Shown here: positions 15,393 to 24,290 of the stretch, one piece after another
How positions within the stretch are numbered: position 1 is the stretch's first letter
Layout of the letters: the number at the start of each line of letters is the position of its first letter
Assembly (NCBI GenBank): GCA_964496965.1
Contig: CAZCBS010000001.1
Span: forward strand, 1 to 37,499
Length of the DNA: 37,499 bases
Source of the DNA: an uncultured Bacteriovoracaceae bacterium
GTDB taxonomy: Bacteria > Bdellovibrionota > UBA1018
Reading direction: 5' to 3'
Made by a program: the position numbers and the translations under genes
Notes under the pieces: generated by a model
The model's database searches: none
What the model saw: the letters and a program-made list of their open reading frames with translations, nothing else
What the model was told of the DNA's origin: nothing

Positions 15393-17018
15393 CTAAAATT
15401 GCTGATTTTGGATCAGTTTTTTGAAGCTTGTGTTCTGTTGCGAGAGTAGTGAATGCTTTTTCGATGTCTTCGCATTTTCGAGACCGTTCATCTTTTTAGC
15501 GATTTCTTCTTGAAACTGATCGATCTCTTTCGCCAACTTCACTTTTGCTTCGGTTTCTTTGAAGTCCTGATTGTACTTTTCGACGTTCTTCTGATTTCCC
15601 GCGTAATAGTAGACCGGCATTTTTGCAAAGTAGAGCGTCGGTTTGATCAAAAGTTTTCCAGCTCTGGATTGAACGATGGTCGCGACCTTGTCTTTTAACT
15701 TAATCGCAGTCGCGCCAGCTTTGGTTTGATAGAGGTACATTCCCCCGCGCACGGCTTGGCTGATGCTCGCTTCGAGAGCCGCTTTGCTAGTGTTCTTTGC
15801 GGCATCCACCGTGGCTTGGCTTGCGCGATTGATCGGATTTTTAATGAACTTAGGAGTGACTTTACCCACTGTCGTTGCAGTTTTTCCAAGGACCGCGCCG
15901 GTGCTTTTTGCGGCTTTGAGGACCGTCCATTTGACGATGTCGGCAGTGAGCTTGACGGTCTTGGCTCCGAAGACTGTCAAACCGATATCAAAAAAGACTT
16001 TTGTCGCCACTTTGCAGATGGCCTGGCTCTTCTCGTAGGGAGAGAGGCATGCGGATTTAGGCCACATGTCAAAATAAGATTGAGCGATCAGTCTTGCGAC
16101 GGTGTCGGGGTTACGAGTGAGTTCTGCGATGAATTCCGCAAGCGAGCTGACCGTATCGATCGGATGGAGGACCGCATGACCGACTCCGGAAACCATATCC
16201 CAAACTTCTTGAACAAATTGTTTGATGATTCCGATACCGCATCCGGCGCCAAAAATCGTTAAAGCTTCCTCGGTGCTTCTTTTTGCGTTGTCGGCGCTGC
16301 AGGTGGAGGTCGTCTCGGCAGTGGCCGCAGCTTTTGCATCGGCTTTATCCTCCGCCGCATCCGGGGCTTCGCCGGTTTTTGCGGCGAGAAGTTTTTGTGT
16401 AACAGGAGTCACGTCTTTCGCGAGCTTGACTTGTGCCTCGTGCTGAGAGGCGATCGCTCTCTTTTTCCCGTTTTCACAACCGCTTCCCGTGGGTTGATCG
16501 AGGATTCTCTGGACCGTCCCGAGATAAGCATGATTGTCGCCATACCCGCCCTTGCGCGTGCAGACGTCGCTGTCGTTTTCTTTCTTAGAAGAATCGCATC
16601 CGTATCTTTTGCCGATCATTTTCCAGTATTCGTCGCCATCGGCGACGGCCTGTTTGTAGATCTGTTCGGTGCACTCTTTTTCTTCGCCGTGTCCATAAGC
16701 CCAGTCTTGGCTCAGCTTGTCGAGATTCCACAAGCGGGCGCCGGGGGCTTCGGATGCCCGATCGCCACGAATCAGATAGTGGCTTTCGTCCACGACTTTC
16801 CAGCACGCGGCAGGAAATGCGATCTTTCCCGCATAGGCGGAAGAGAGGCTCGCAAACGCAAAAACCAAACCCAATACTGACCCGAAGGCGAAATTTAGAT
16901 ACCGAATGGGATGTATCCTTTCAAAAGCTGGGAGATCTTTTCGCGAGACGGAAAGGAATCTGATTCGCGTGCGCTGTAAGCGATCTGCGAGTAACCTGTT
17001 TTGAGGAAGTATTCCCAT
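15393..17018 (-). CDS. Hypothetical exported protein (Cys-rich N-domain, Gly/Ala-rich hydrophobic centre, Lys-rich C-terminus); true start probably near 16907
   Basis: 541-aa track ORF. Its first ~37 codons overlap the upstream gene out of frame and are Arg-rich. The signal-peptide-like RYLNFAFGSVLGLVFAFASLSSAYA begins at an ATT codon (16907) that has GAAAGGA 8 nt upstream. The nearest canonical alternative is TTG 16874. Confidence 0.55.
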   Translation of the reverse strand: MGILPQNRLLADRLQRTRIRFLSVSRKDLPAFERIHPIRYLNFAFGSVLGLVFAFASLSSAYAGKIAFPAACWKVVDESHYLIRGDRASEAPGARLWNLDKLSQDWAYGHGEEKECTEQIYKQAVADGDEYWKMIGKRYGCDSSKKENDSDVCTRKGGYGDNHAYLGTVQRILDQPTGSGCENGKKRAIASQHEAQVKLAKDVTPVTQKLLAAKTGEAPDAAEDKADAKAAATAETTSTCSADNAKRSTEEALTIFGAGCGIGIIKQFVQEVWDMVSGVGHAVLHPIDTVSSLAEFIAELTRNPDTVARLIAQSYFDMWPKSACLSPYEKSQAICKVATKVFFDIGLTVFGAKTVKLTADIVKWTVLKAAKSTGAVLGKTATTVGKVTPKFIKNPINRASQATVDAAKNTSKAALEASISQAVRGGMYLYQTKAGATAIKLKDKVATIVQSRAGKLLIKPTLYFAKMPVYYYAGNQKNVEKYNQDFKETEAKVKLAKEIDQFQEEIAKKMNGLENAKTSKKHSLLSQQNTSFKKLIQNQQF

Positions 17019-17455
17019 TTCTCAAATCGGATGGTCTCGTCGTTGCTATTTGAGTAAGAGCCCGTGAGAACGATTTTCGATCCATTCTCGATCTTGGCTC
17101 TTTCGATTTTCTCGATTTTGAAGTTTTTGATCCCGGCAAGCAGGTGAGGGAGCTTTTGACCGCCTTCGAGGCGAGCTTTGAGCGCCTCGTCTTCGGCAGG
17201 AGGGGCTTCGACGTTTGTCATTTGCTTTTCTAGAAGGACGATCGTCGATCCAGAGGAGTCTTTTCCCTTCCAGACTCGGGCACCGGGAAGCGGTGATTGT
17301 TCCTCGTAGCTATCGGGGGCCTGAAAGACACCTGCTCCACCCGGAGGTAACGTTCCTTGGGCTGTTTGTGTCCTAAATAAGGTCGCAGCTCCCATGATTC
17401 CCCCGAAAAGGAACAGGACCGCGATGTAACGCTTGAGGTTGAGTCTCGGTTTCAT
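16895..17455 (-). CDS. Hypothetical membrane-anchored protein
   Basis: 186-aa ORF with N-terminal anchor MKPRLNLKRYIAVLFLFGGIMGAATLF and GAGG 8 nt upstream of the ATG. It is the first gene of a minus-strand string running 17455 to 14683. Confidence 0.55.
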   Translation of the reverse strand: MKPRLNLKRYIAVLFLFGGIMGAATLFRTQTAQGTLPPGGAGVFQAPDSYEEQSPLPGARVWKGKDSSGSTIVLLEKQMTNVEAPPAEDEALKARLEGGQKLPHLLAGIKNFKIEKIERAKIENGSKIVLTGSYSNSNDETIRFEKWEYFLKTGYSQIAYSARESDSFPSREKISQLLKGYIPFGI

Positions 17456-17473
17456 TGAAGTGCCTCATTTGTC

Positions 17474-17500
17474 ATATCGGAAAGATCGGGAAAATTCTTA
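17474..17500 (-). promoter_or_regulatory. Candidate sigma-28 (FliA)-type promoter TAAG-N15-TCCGATAT
   Basis: The minus strand reads TAAGaattttcccgatcttTCCGATAT, compared with the consensus TAAA-N15-GCCGATAA. It ends about 18 nt before ATG 17455, so the leader would be very short. Pattern match only. Confidence 0.25.
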
Positions 17501-17758
17501 AGTCGAGATTTTGACGGCCCGAAATGCTCAATAAATATACATGATTAGTGTAGTCAGTTCGGGATCAGGGGGGCAGATGACCCTTTTCGAGAATGTTTTC
17601 ATTTTTCAAGAAATTAGCTAAAATTATTTCCAGATAAACCCGATACAGGAATGAGTTTGAATTATCCGCATATTTTGCCACAATCAAAAAGGCGCGATAC
17701 GAAATTTACAGTTTAGGATAATCGGAAATAGATTTTGGAATAGACGAGGGTAATTAGA

Positions 17759-19525
17759 ATGAAATCTAAGTCGAATATGAAAACGGCGTTTGTGAGTCTC
17801 TTGAGTCTCAGTAGCTTTGTAACAGCGACGATGAACTGGGCGCCTATGGCTTATGCCGCAGACTCCGCTTCGATCGAAGTGGTCAAGCTTGATCCATCGC
17901 TTAATTATAAGGAGGCTCAGGATTCTGAGCGCAAGGCTGAATGCGATTCTTTCATGGCCGAAGTGATGGTGAAGTTCAAGGACCATGGTCTCTCCTCAAT
18001 CGCGATGGAAAATGCGCAAGGTCCTAACGTCTTGACCATTGGCCGAACCAACGCGATTTTCACGAGCGATTCTTTTGAGAGAATGGTTTTCTTGAAAACC
18101 GGCGTGAAGCTGAGCGATGAAAGCGCTGTCGGAAAACTTCTTCAGATGAAAAACGGCGTCTTTGGTTACCATAACGTGACCAAGGGCGGGATTCCGTACG
18201 CCTTGATCTATACGGGCTTCTCCGAGAAGGAAGCTCTTGAAGCGACTCGCGCGGCAGTGCTTGCGGCAAATGCGCCGATCCATTCGCCATCGTATGTCGC
18301 GCAAGTGATGAACAGCATGATTCCTTCCGCAAACGCGGAATCCGGAGTTTCATGCGCGCTTCCGGCATCGGGATCTTCTAAAGCGGTGAGTCTTACTGCT
18401 GAGAGCGTGAAAGACATTTCGGCAGCGATCACCAACGACCTGATGGGCACCGCTGCTAAAGGAATCATGGATTGTGCCGTTTCGGCAATCACGGGCGCTC
18501 TCTTCGCGACGAAGGTCGGTGGCGGCGTCGGATTGGCGATGATGGCTGGCGCCGGTGGCGCATTGGCCTGGGAAGGCGCGAAAGCTTTGGTGACCAACTG
18601 GAGCGGAAGCGTCGCGAAGGTCAGCGACTCGGTTCAAAAGACTTCTGCTGTGATCGCAAATGTCTATAATGAGATCAAAACTGATGCGATGAAAACCAGC
18701 AAAAAAGGCTGGGAAGCATTGCTTGCAAAGCCTGATCTTGCGGTCGAATTCGTTTGCGGTATTTTCGGTGGTCTTCAAAAGACCGCGCTTAAGAAGATGC
18801 TGGACGGCGCTGTTGAAGCAACCGGCGTAGGTTCGCTGGTGGGCAAAATGGTGAAGTCTGAGAAGTTTGCTAAGCTCTTCGGCAAGAAGGGTGCTGAAAC
18901 CGCAGTAGCTTCGACGGCAGCGGCTGATGCAGGCAAAGCGGAGAAGGCAACGACCGCTGCAAAGGCAGCTGACAAGGCTTCGGATGTAGCTCCGGCGGCA
19001 GAGACGGCTCAAGTCGATTTCGCAGCGAGTCCTGAGCTGAAGAAAACTCTCTCGGCATCTGGCGTGAGTGAACCAGCTCCAGTGCTTGATGCTGTTTCTA
19101 AGGTATCACATGGTGGCGAGTTGAGTACCGATGATCGTTTGAACTTGATGTCAGCGTTGCGCAAAATGCCTCCTGAGAAGCAAGAAGCATTTGCTCAACA
19201 AGTCTACAAAGTGGCGGGCAACGGAAGTGCGCTTCCGACGACCAATACGTTGGCAAGCAAGCTGGGCAGAGAAGGAAAGGCGTCCTCCTTCGCGCCTAAG
19301 AAATCGATTAAGTTCGAGCTTGAGAAAGAGTTCAAGCATGCTCAGCGCGGTGTGCAAGTCGGCTCTGATCCTACTCTCTACCCAAGCTTCCACAAACTGA
19401 AGCTGGCGGGAAAAGAGCAGGACGAAGTGATCGACGTGATTGTCGCCGCAGAAGAGAGAGGCGTTCCAGCAGCCAAGATCGACAAAGCGGTCGAGGAAGC
19501 TGGCGTCGCTTGCAAAGCTAAGTAA
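17759..19525 (+). CDS. Hypothetical exported protein with Gly/Ala-rich hydrophobic central segment
   Basis: 588-aa ORF with GAGGG 8 nt upstream. Signal peptide MKSKSNMKTAFVSLLSLSSFVTATMNWAPMAYA. The centre reads AITGALFATKVGGGVGLAMMAGAGGALAWEGAKAL, followed by an Ala/Lys-rich low-complexity linker. Confidence 0.6.
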   Translation: MKSKSNMKTAFVSLLSLSSFVTATMNWAPMAYAADSASIEVVKLDPSLNYKEAQDSERKAECDSFMAEVMVKFKDHGLSSIAMENAQGPNVLTIGRTNAIFTSDSFERMVFLKTGVKLSDESAVGKLLQMKNGVFGYHNVTKGGIPYALIYTGFSEKEALEATRAAVLAANAPIHSPSYVAQVMNSMIPSANAESGVSCALPASGSSKAVSLTAESVKDISAAITNDLMGTAAKGIMDCAVSAITGALFATKVGGGVGLAMMAGAGGALAWEGAKALVTNWSGSVAKVSDSVQKTSAVIANVYNEIKTDAMKTSKKGWEALLAKPDLAVEFVCGIFGGLQKTALKKMLDGAVEATGVGSLVGKMVKSEKFAKLFGKKGAETAVASTAAADAGKAEKATTAAKAADKASDVAPAAETAQVDFAASPELKKTLSASGVSEPAPVLDAVSKVSHGGELSTDDRLNLMSALRKMPPEKQEAFAQQVYKVAGNGSALPTTNTLASKLGREGKASSFAPKKSIKFELEKEFKHAQRGVQVGSDPTLYPSFHKLKLAGKEQDEVIDVIVAAEERGVPAAKIDKAVEEAGVACKAK

Positions 19526-19529
19526 TCCC

Positions 19530-20240
19530 TTAAGGCAAAGCGTCCAGCTCCGCGGCGCTTCGACAGCGAAACGGAGGACTCTCGACCATCTCAATGGCGA
19601 GAGTGGAAGCAACCTCGGGTTGATAATGGTGCCCGCAAAGGATCACGGTCTTTTGCGGGCATTTTTTTATTCTTTGGATCGAATCGAACATGTCGAGCAC
19701 GTTTCCGCCGGCAAAGTCGGTTCGCCCGCAATCGCGGATGAAAACCGTGTCGCCGGTGAAAAGATAGGGGCGATCATCGTGGGTCACCCCTGGAACGAAA
19801 TAGCAAAGCTCGCCAGGGCTATGTCCGGGAGTGTGAAGGACCTGAACCCGATGCGAGCCAATCTTGAACTCGTCACCGTCTTTTAAGTAACGGAGCTTTG
19901 CGGATTTACGCGTGCCTTCTTTGATTCGATGAACGTCGAGCTCGTTGAGAAGAACTGGAATGCCTGGAAATCTTTCGAGGATCTCCGCCAGTCCTCCGAC
20001 GTGATCGTGATGCGTGTGAGTGAGGAGCACTGCGACGGGCTTGAGCTGATGCTTTTCGATCGCGTCGAGAATGGGCGCGAGGTCAACCCACGGATCGATG
20101 ACCGCGCATTCGCGCGTGTTCCAATCGATCAGGAGATAGATAAAATTTTTCATATAACCGATCTCAAACTGCGCGATCGGTTCGCCCTCGATGACGCCTT
20201 GGGCGGATTTTTCACTCAGATGCGGAGGAAGGGATGTCAT
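19530..20240 (-). CDS. MBL-fold metallo-hydrolase (hydroxyacylglutathione hydrolase/glyoxalase II-like)
   Basis: 236-aa ORF with LLTHTHHDHVGG (HxHxDH), HTPGHSPG, and TGDTVF...CGH. Confidence 0.85.
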   Translation of the reverse strand: MTSLPPHLSEKSAQGVIEGEPIAQFEIGYMKNFIYLLIDWNTRECAVIDPWVDLAPILDAIEKHQLKPVAVLLTHTHHDHVGGLAEILERFPGIPVLLNELDVHRIKEGTRKSAKLRYLKDGDEFKIGSHRVQVLHTPGHSPGELCYFVPGVTHDDRPYLFTGDTVFIRDCGRTDFAGGNVLDMFDSIQRIKKCPQKTVILCGHHYQPEVASTLAIEMVESPPFRCRSAAELDALP

Positions 20241-20274
20241 TTACGGGCAGGGTCACCTGAGTGCACCGCCCAAG

Positions 20275-20529
20275 TCAAGATCGGAGCGTGAGACGGCTTT
20301 TGCGCTGACGATCGACCCACCTTGCGGCGCAATATCCACCCAGAAGAATCATGAACGTCGTTTCGAGAGGATGCTCGTTGAACCAGCGGCGCTCCAAGAC
20401 AGAAGATCGAAAGCGCGTCGCGGCGCGACCTGAGGCTTGAGCAAGCCTGCGTTTTTCGGCCTCAAGCTCGGACTCGAGCTCGAGTCTCTTCTGGTAGTTG
20501 ATAGGTCGGATCAGGTCGAATAGCTTCAT
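20275..20529 (-). CDS. Hypothetical small protein, YqjK-like by position and architecture
   Basis: Internal ATG 20529 of the 20275..20670 track ORF gives MKLFDLIRPINYQKRLELESELEAEKRRLAQ..., a coiled-coil followed by the hydrophobic stretch TTFMILLGGYCAARW. It follows DUF883-like and YqjE-like genes, as in the enterobacterial yqjDEK order. It overlaps the previous gene by 68 nt. Confidence 0.35.
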   Translation of the reverse strand: MKLFDLIRPINYQKRLELESELEAEKRRLAQASGRAATRFRSSVLERRWFNEHPLETTFMILLGGYCAARWVDRQRKSRLTLRS

Positions 20530-20845
20530 TCGGTTTTCCAATCTGATCGGCGAAGTAAAAGAAAATGGCCGCCGCCGCGCCTGGAACGAAGAGAGAAAAA
20601 AGAGCAATCGAGCCGGGCGAAAATCCCGCGCGATAGAGAATGACTCCAGCCCAAAGTAGCCCAAGTCCAACCGCCATCTGAAGAAAAATGAGGCCGGCCA
20701 AGGCGCACGCGACGCGCTTGGCTTGGATGATCGCCTTGAGCTCCGCGTTTAAGAGCGTGAGGTCTCTCTGAAGAATCGCGATTCGGCCAACGGAGCGTGA
20801 GGCTTCTTTGAGATCCGTGATGAGTGGAATCTCAGTAGTTCTCAA
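20462..20845 (-). CDS. Phage-holin-family/YqjE-like (DUF1469-type) membrane protein
   Basis: 127-aa ORF with an amphipathic N-terminal helix then two TM helices (VACALAGLIFLQMAVGLGLLWAGVIL and IALFSLFVPGAAAAIFFYF). Architecture and neighbourhood match YqjE. Confidence 0.5.
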   Translation of the reverse strand: MRTTEIPLITDLKEASRSVGRIAILQRDLTLLNAELKAIIQAKRVACALAGLIFLQMAVGLGLLWAGVILYRAGFSPGSIALFSLFVPGAAAAIFFYFADQIGKPNEAIRPDPTYQLPEETRARVRA

Positions 20846-21065
20846 TGTCAGACCGATTCGCGGAGCTGCGGCCTAAAATGTAGCCAACGATTCCGACTGC
20901 GAGAAATCCGCCGACCATATAGAGCATGCGACTGTTAACGCGCATCCAGTCTTGGGCCTGGTCGTAGAATTCGGTCGCAGTTTCGTTGGCGCGGCTCATC
21001 ATTTCTTGCGCTTCGTCCGCGTTGAGGCGATCGGTCAGCTTTTCGCCGATATCTGGGTTTGCCAT
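20832..21065 (-). CDS. DUF883 (ElaB/YqjD/YgaM-like) tail-anchored stress protein
   Basis: 77-aa ORF with a helical N-part (EAQEMMSRANETATEFYDQAQDWM) and a C-terminal TM (MLYMVGGFLAVGIVGYILG). Confidence 0.55.
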   Translation of the reverse strand: MANPDIGEKLTDRLNADEAQEMMSRANETATEFYDQAQDWMRVNSRMLYMVGGFLAVGIVGYILGRSSANRSDIENY

Positions 21066-21140
21066 GGAAAAGATCTCCTTAGAAACAAGCGAGTTTGCAA
21101 TCGCTGTTCCTTGGAGCTTGCTGAAGATGGCAAATGCTGC

Positions 21141-21389
21141 TTACTGCTTAGTCTTAAGCTGCGCGTCGTTCGCTTGGATGAAAGCGCGGATATCGTCCGC
21201 CATTCCGAGAAGCTTCATCCACTGTTCTTTGTACAGAGTGACAGGAAAACGACCCAGGCCGTAAACGGAAAGAGCGCCTTTTTCGCTGACCTTAAGGCTC
21301 AGGCCTTTAGCGGAAGTTTTTTTGAGCGCCTGATTTTCGGCGCGAAGTTTCTCTAGTTCAGCCTGAAGGTCCTGATTTTGGTCGCTCAT
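21141..21389 (-). CDS. Hypothetical small coiled-coil protein
   Basis: 82-aa ORF. N-terminal coiled coil DLQAELEKLRAENQALKK, then KVSEKGALSVYGLGRFPVTLYKEQWMKLL. I cannot name a family. Confidence 0.5.
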   Translation of the reverse strand: MSDQNQDLQAELEKLRAENQALKKTSAKGLSLKVSEKGALSVYGLGRFPVTLYKEQWMKLLGMADDIRAFIQANDAQLKTKQ

Positions 21390-21457
21390 AAGATCCCCTT
21401 GTTCATTGGTACACAGGGGAGGATAACTTAAGATGGATTCTTACGCAGCTTTTTTGC

Positions 21458-21919
21458 TTACGCAGCTCTTTTAAATGAAGCGGCGCGAGATCGGAGCCAA
21501 TGAACGAGGACTTCGGCGTTGAGAGCGCCGGATTGACGGGCTCGCTCGAAACCGCCTTGATAGAAAATCAAAGTGGGGATTCCGCGAATTCCGTAAGTGT
21601 CGGCGGCAAGGGGATTGGCCTGTGCGTCGACTTTCGCAAAAACCACTTCGCCGGCCATTTGTGCCGCGACGCTTGCGAAGATGGGAGCAAAAACTTTACA
21701 GGGTCCGCACCAGGGGGCCCAGAAATCAGCAACGACCGGAATCGGCGACTTATCGACCAATGCCTGAAGCCCGGCGGCGGTCAGTTCGTTGACCGCTCCA
21801 TGAATCGGAAGACCGGCGCCGCAATTTCCGCAGACGGGCTTTTGGTGTTCATGACCGCCTAAGGTGATTCGATTCAGTTTTCGGCATTCGTTACATGGAG
21901 AGTATGTAGTGGGCGTCAT
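21458..21919 (-). CDS. trxC: Thioredoxin 2-type thioredoxin (N-terminal zinc-finger extension)
   Basis: 153-aa ORF with WAPWCGPCK active site, preceded by the CNEC...CGNC pair typical of TrxC. Confidence 0.85.
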   Translation of the reverse strand: MTPTTYSPCNECRKLNRITLGGHEHQKPVCGNCGAGLPIHGAVNELTAAGLQALVDKSPIPVVADFWAPWCGPCKVFAPIFASVAAQMAGEVVFAKVDAQANPLAADTYGIRGIPTLIFYQGGFERARQSGALNAEVLVHWLRSRAASFKRAA

Positions 21920-21958
21920 TGCTCGCCAGAGGCTGCAGGCTACATGCCTGGCAGAGCT

Positions 21959-23179
21959 TTAGTTCATGCTCCGAGTTAGCCAATCTCGCCATGTTTTAAG
22001 CGCAAATTCGACGGTATAGGCTCGTGAACGCTCGATCAGCTCGATGTCTTTCCAAGGAGTTCGAAAGACTTCTTGATGCGAGCGACCTTGCTCCTTCAAG
22101 CCGACTGCCCATTCTCCGTCGGAGGTGATGCCGGCGATGGCAAGAATGAGAGCTTCGTCGTCGGCTTCGGAGAGAACGTTCGAAACCCATTCGCTCGGAG
22201 ATGAGACGGATTCCCATTCCATCGCGACATTGAGATTTCGAGCGATGTCTCGGCCGAAAGAGCTTCGAAACAAAGGCCCAAGCCGCTCCATTAAAAATCC
22301 CGCGGTGCAAGCGTCGACGATGTCGATTTCATCGGCTCGTTTTAAAAGCGAGACAAGCTGCTTGGCGAGATCGTCGCCGTTTTTCGCAACCACCCACGGA
22401 CCGATCGCTGCTTCGAGCTGACGGATCCATTTTTCGTTCGCTTGAACTCGAGACGCCGGCACCCAAAGTTTGACTTCGACGTAGGGACGATGAGCGCGAT
22501 AACCGGTTTGAAGCCCGCTTCCCGCGACGGCGGATTCGGTGATTTCTCCAAGCTCCGCTTCGCTCTTGCCTAAGCATTCCCAAGTGAAAAGCTGGAGTGG
22601 CTCGATGCCCTCGGGAAGCTCGCGACAGACAAGCGAAGGAACCTGATTGTCTTGCCAAATGGCTTCGATTTCACGAGGAGGGCCTGGAAGAACCCAGAGT
22701 CTGCCTAGTTGTGAATCGCGCTCAAGGCGGCATGTAAATCCATCCGCGGTGCCTTGGGCATTTTTGAGGACTTCAGCGCCTTGAGGATAGAAAGCCTGTT
22801 GGCGATTGGAAGGAGCGACAGGAATCCCGAACTTTTGAAGTCGCGTTTGAATCTTGGTCCAGCTCGGCTCGTAAAACTCGAGAGGGCGTTCGAGCCAATC
22901 TGAAATCACGTCCCGCGTGAAATCATCGGTGGTAGGCCCGAGTCCGCCGCAGACGAAAACGTGGCGACTGGTTTCCCAGCAACGATCGAGCGCGCGGAAA
23001 ATCGCGGCGCGATCATCGGCGACGGTTTCGTGAAGGACGACATTGACGCCTAAGTGGACGAGGCGTTCGGAAATCCAGGCTGCGTTGCGGTTGGTGATTT
23101 GTCCGGTGGTGAGCTCGGTGCCGATCGCAAGAATCGAAGCTTGAGCGGCCAGATTCCCGACGGCGCTCATAGCGACCAT
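21959..23179 (-). CDS. cinA: CinA family competence/damage-inducible protein (MoCF-binding domain plus CinA C-terminal domain)
   Basis: 406-aa ORF with [25 protein letters not shown] and [14 protein letters not shown] 23170 would form an ATGA overlap with the nadA stop and is a plausible true start. Confidence 0.8.
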   Translation of the reverse strand: MVAMSAVGNLAAQASILAIGTELTTGQITNRNAAWISERLVHLGVNVVLHETVADDRAAIFRALDRCWETSRHVFVCGGLGPTTDDFTRDVISDWLERPLEFYEPSWTKIQTRLQKFGIPVAPSNRQQAFYPQGAEVLKNAQGTADGFTCRLERDSQLGRLWVLPGPPREIEAIWQDNQVPSLVCRELPEGIEPLQLFTWECLGKSEAELGEITESAVAGSGLQTGYRAHRPYVEVKLWVPASRVQANEKWIRQLEAAIGPWVVAKNGDDLAKQLVSLLKRADEIDIVDACTAGFLMERLGPLFRSSFGRDIARNLNVAMEWESVSSPSEWVSNVLSEADDEALILAIAGITSDGEWAVGLKEQGRSHQEVFRTPWKDIELIERSRAYTVEFALKTWRDWLTRSMN

Positions 23180-24114
23180 TCCAACATGCGCTCAAGAGGC
23201 TTCAGCGCTTTTTCTCGAAGCGATTGAGGAACATCGACCTCGGGCTTTTCGTCCCGAAGGGCGAGGTAAACTTTCTCGAGGGTGTTGAGTTTCATGAACG
23301 GGCACTCGTTGCAGGCGCAGTTCTGGTTCGGAGGCGCGGGGATCAGGGTTTTTCCCGATGCTTTTTGCTTCATCTGATGAAGAATTCCTTCTTCAGTCGC
23401 GATGATGAATTCTTTCTTCGGACTCTGGATGACGTGCTTGAGGAGCGCCGAAGTGCTGCCGATGAAATCCGCTTTGGAGAGAAGGCTCTCTTCGCACTCG
23501 GGATGCGCGATCAGCTCGGCTTCAGGGTGATGAACTCTGAGCTCCGCGATTTTTCGCTCCGAGAAGGTTTCGTGAACGATGCAGGCGCCTTGCCAGAGAA
23601 CCATCTCGCGGCCGGTTTGCTTGGAAACGTAAGCGCCCAGGTTTCGGTCGGGGGCAAAAATGATTCCCCGATCTTTTGGAATTTTTTCGACAATGCGAAC
23701 GACGTTCGAGCTCGTGCAAATCACATCGCTTTGGGCTTTGATCGCGGCCGAGCAGTTAATATAGGAAACGACGAAATGATCGGGATACTTAGCCCTGAAA
23801 CGAGCGAAGGCTTCGGGGGGGCAGCTATCCGAAAGGGAGCATCCCGCCCGGAGGTCGGGCATGATCACTTTTCGTGTCGGGTTTAAAATTTTCGCGCCTT
23901 CGGCCATGAAATGGACGCCGGCAAAGAGAATGAGATCAGCTTTGCTTTTTTGGGCAGCCCGGGCCAATTCCAAGCTGTCTCCTACAAAGTCGGCAATGTC
24001 TTGGATGTCCGGCTCTTGGTAGTAATGCGCTAGAATAACAGCGTTTTTCGCCTTTTTTAGACGATCGATTTCGTTAAATAAGTCGGGAAAGAGACCAGGA
24101 TTTAGATTCGACAC
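23167..24114 (-). CDS. nadA: Quinolinate synthase
   Basis: 315-aa ORF with ILAHYYQ, GDSLELA, VHFMAE, ACIVHE, HPEC and CNECPFMK motifs of NadA. Confidence 0.93.
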   Translation of the reverse strand: MSNLNPGLFPDLFNEIDRLKKAKNAVILAHYYQEPDIQDIADFVGDSLELARAAQKSKADLILFAGVHFMAEGAKILNPTRKVIMPDLRAGCSLSDSCPPEAFARFRAKYPDHFVVSYINCSAAIKAQSDVICTSSNVVRIVEKIPKDRGIIFAPDRNLGAYVSKQTGREMVLWQGACIVHETFSERKIAELRVHHPEAELIAHPECEESLLSKADFIGSTSALLKHVIQSPKKEFIIATEEGILHQMKQKASGKTLIPAPPNQNCACNECPFMKLNTLEKVYLALRDEKPEVDVPQSLREKALKPLERMLEWSL

Positions 24115-24290
24115 GATGCCTCCTGTTTATCTCTCGAAGGAAGGCGAATCAACCCTGAACATGGCCTAATCATGGGCCCGAACATGGCTCATTGGCACAC
24201 GCTGGGCATAGGCTTGTTTATAGGCTCCAGAAGTGCCATAGTCGAGACGGGCGTTGCCCGCTACGCTTATCAGCGCTTAAGAAGGTCGTT

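Noticed and set aside
20275-20670. Full 131-aa version of the ORF overlapping the YqjE-like gene by about 200 nt.
   Set aside because: Its N-terminal 47 residues (..FRPARLLFFLSSFQARRRPFSF..) look like out-of-frame read-through of the membrane protein. The internal ATG 20529 gives a more sensible product.
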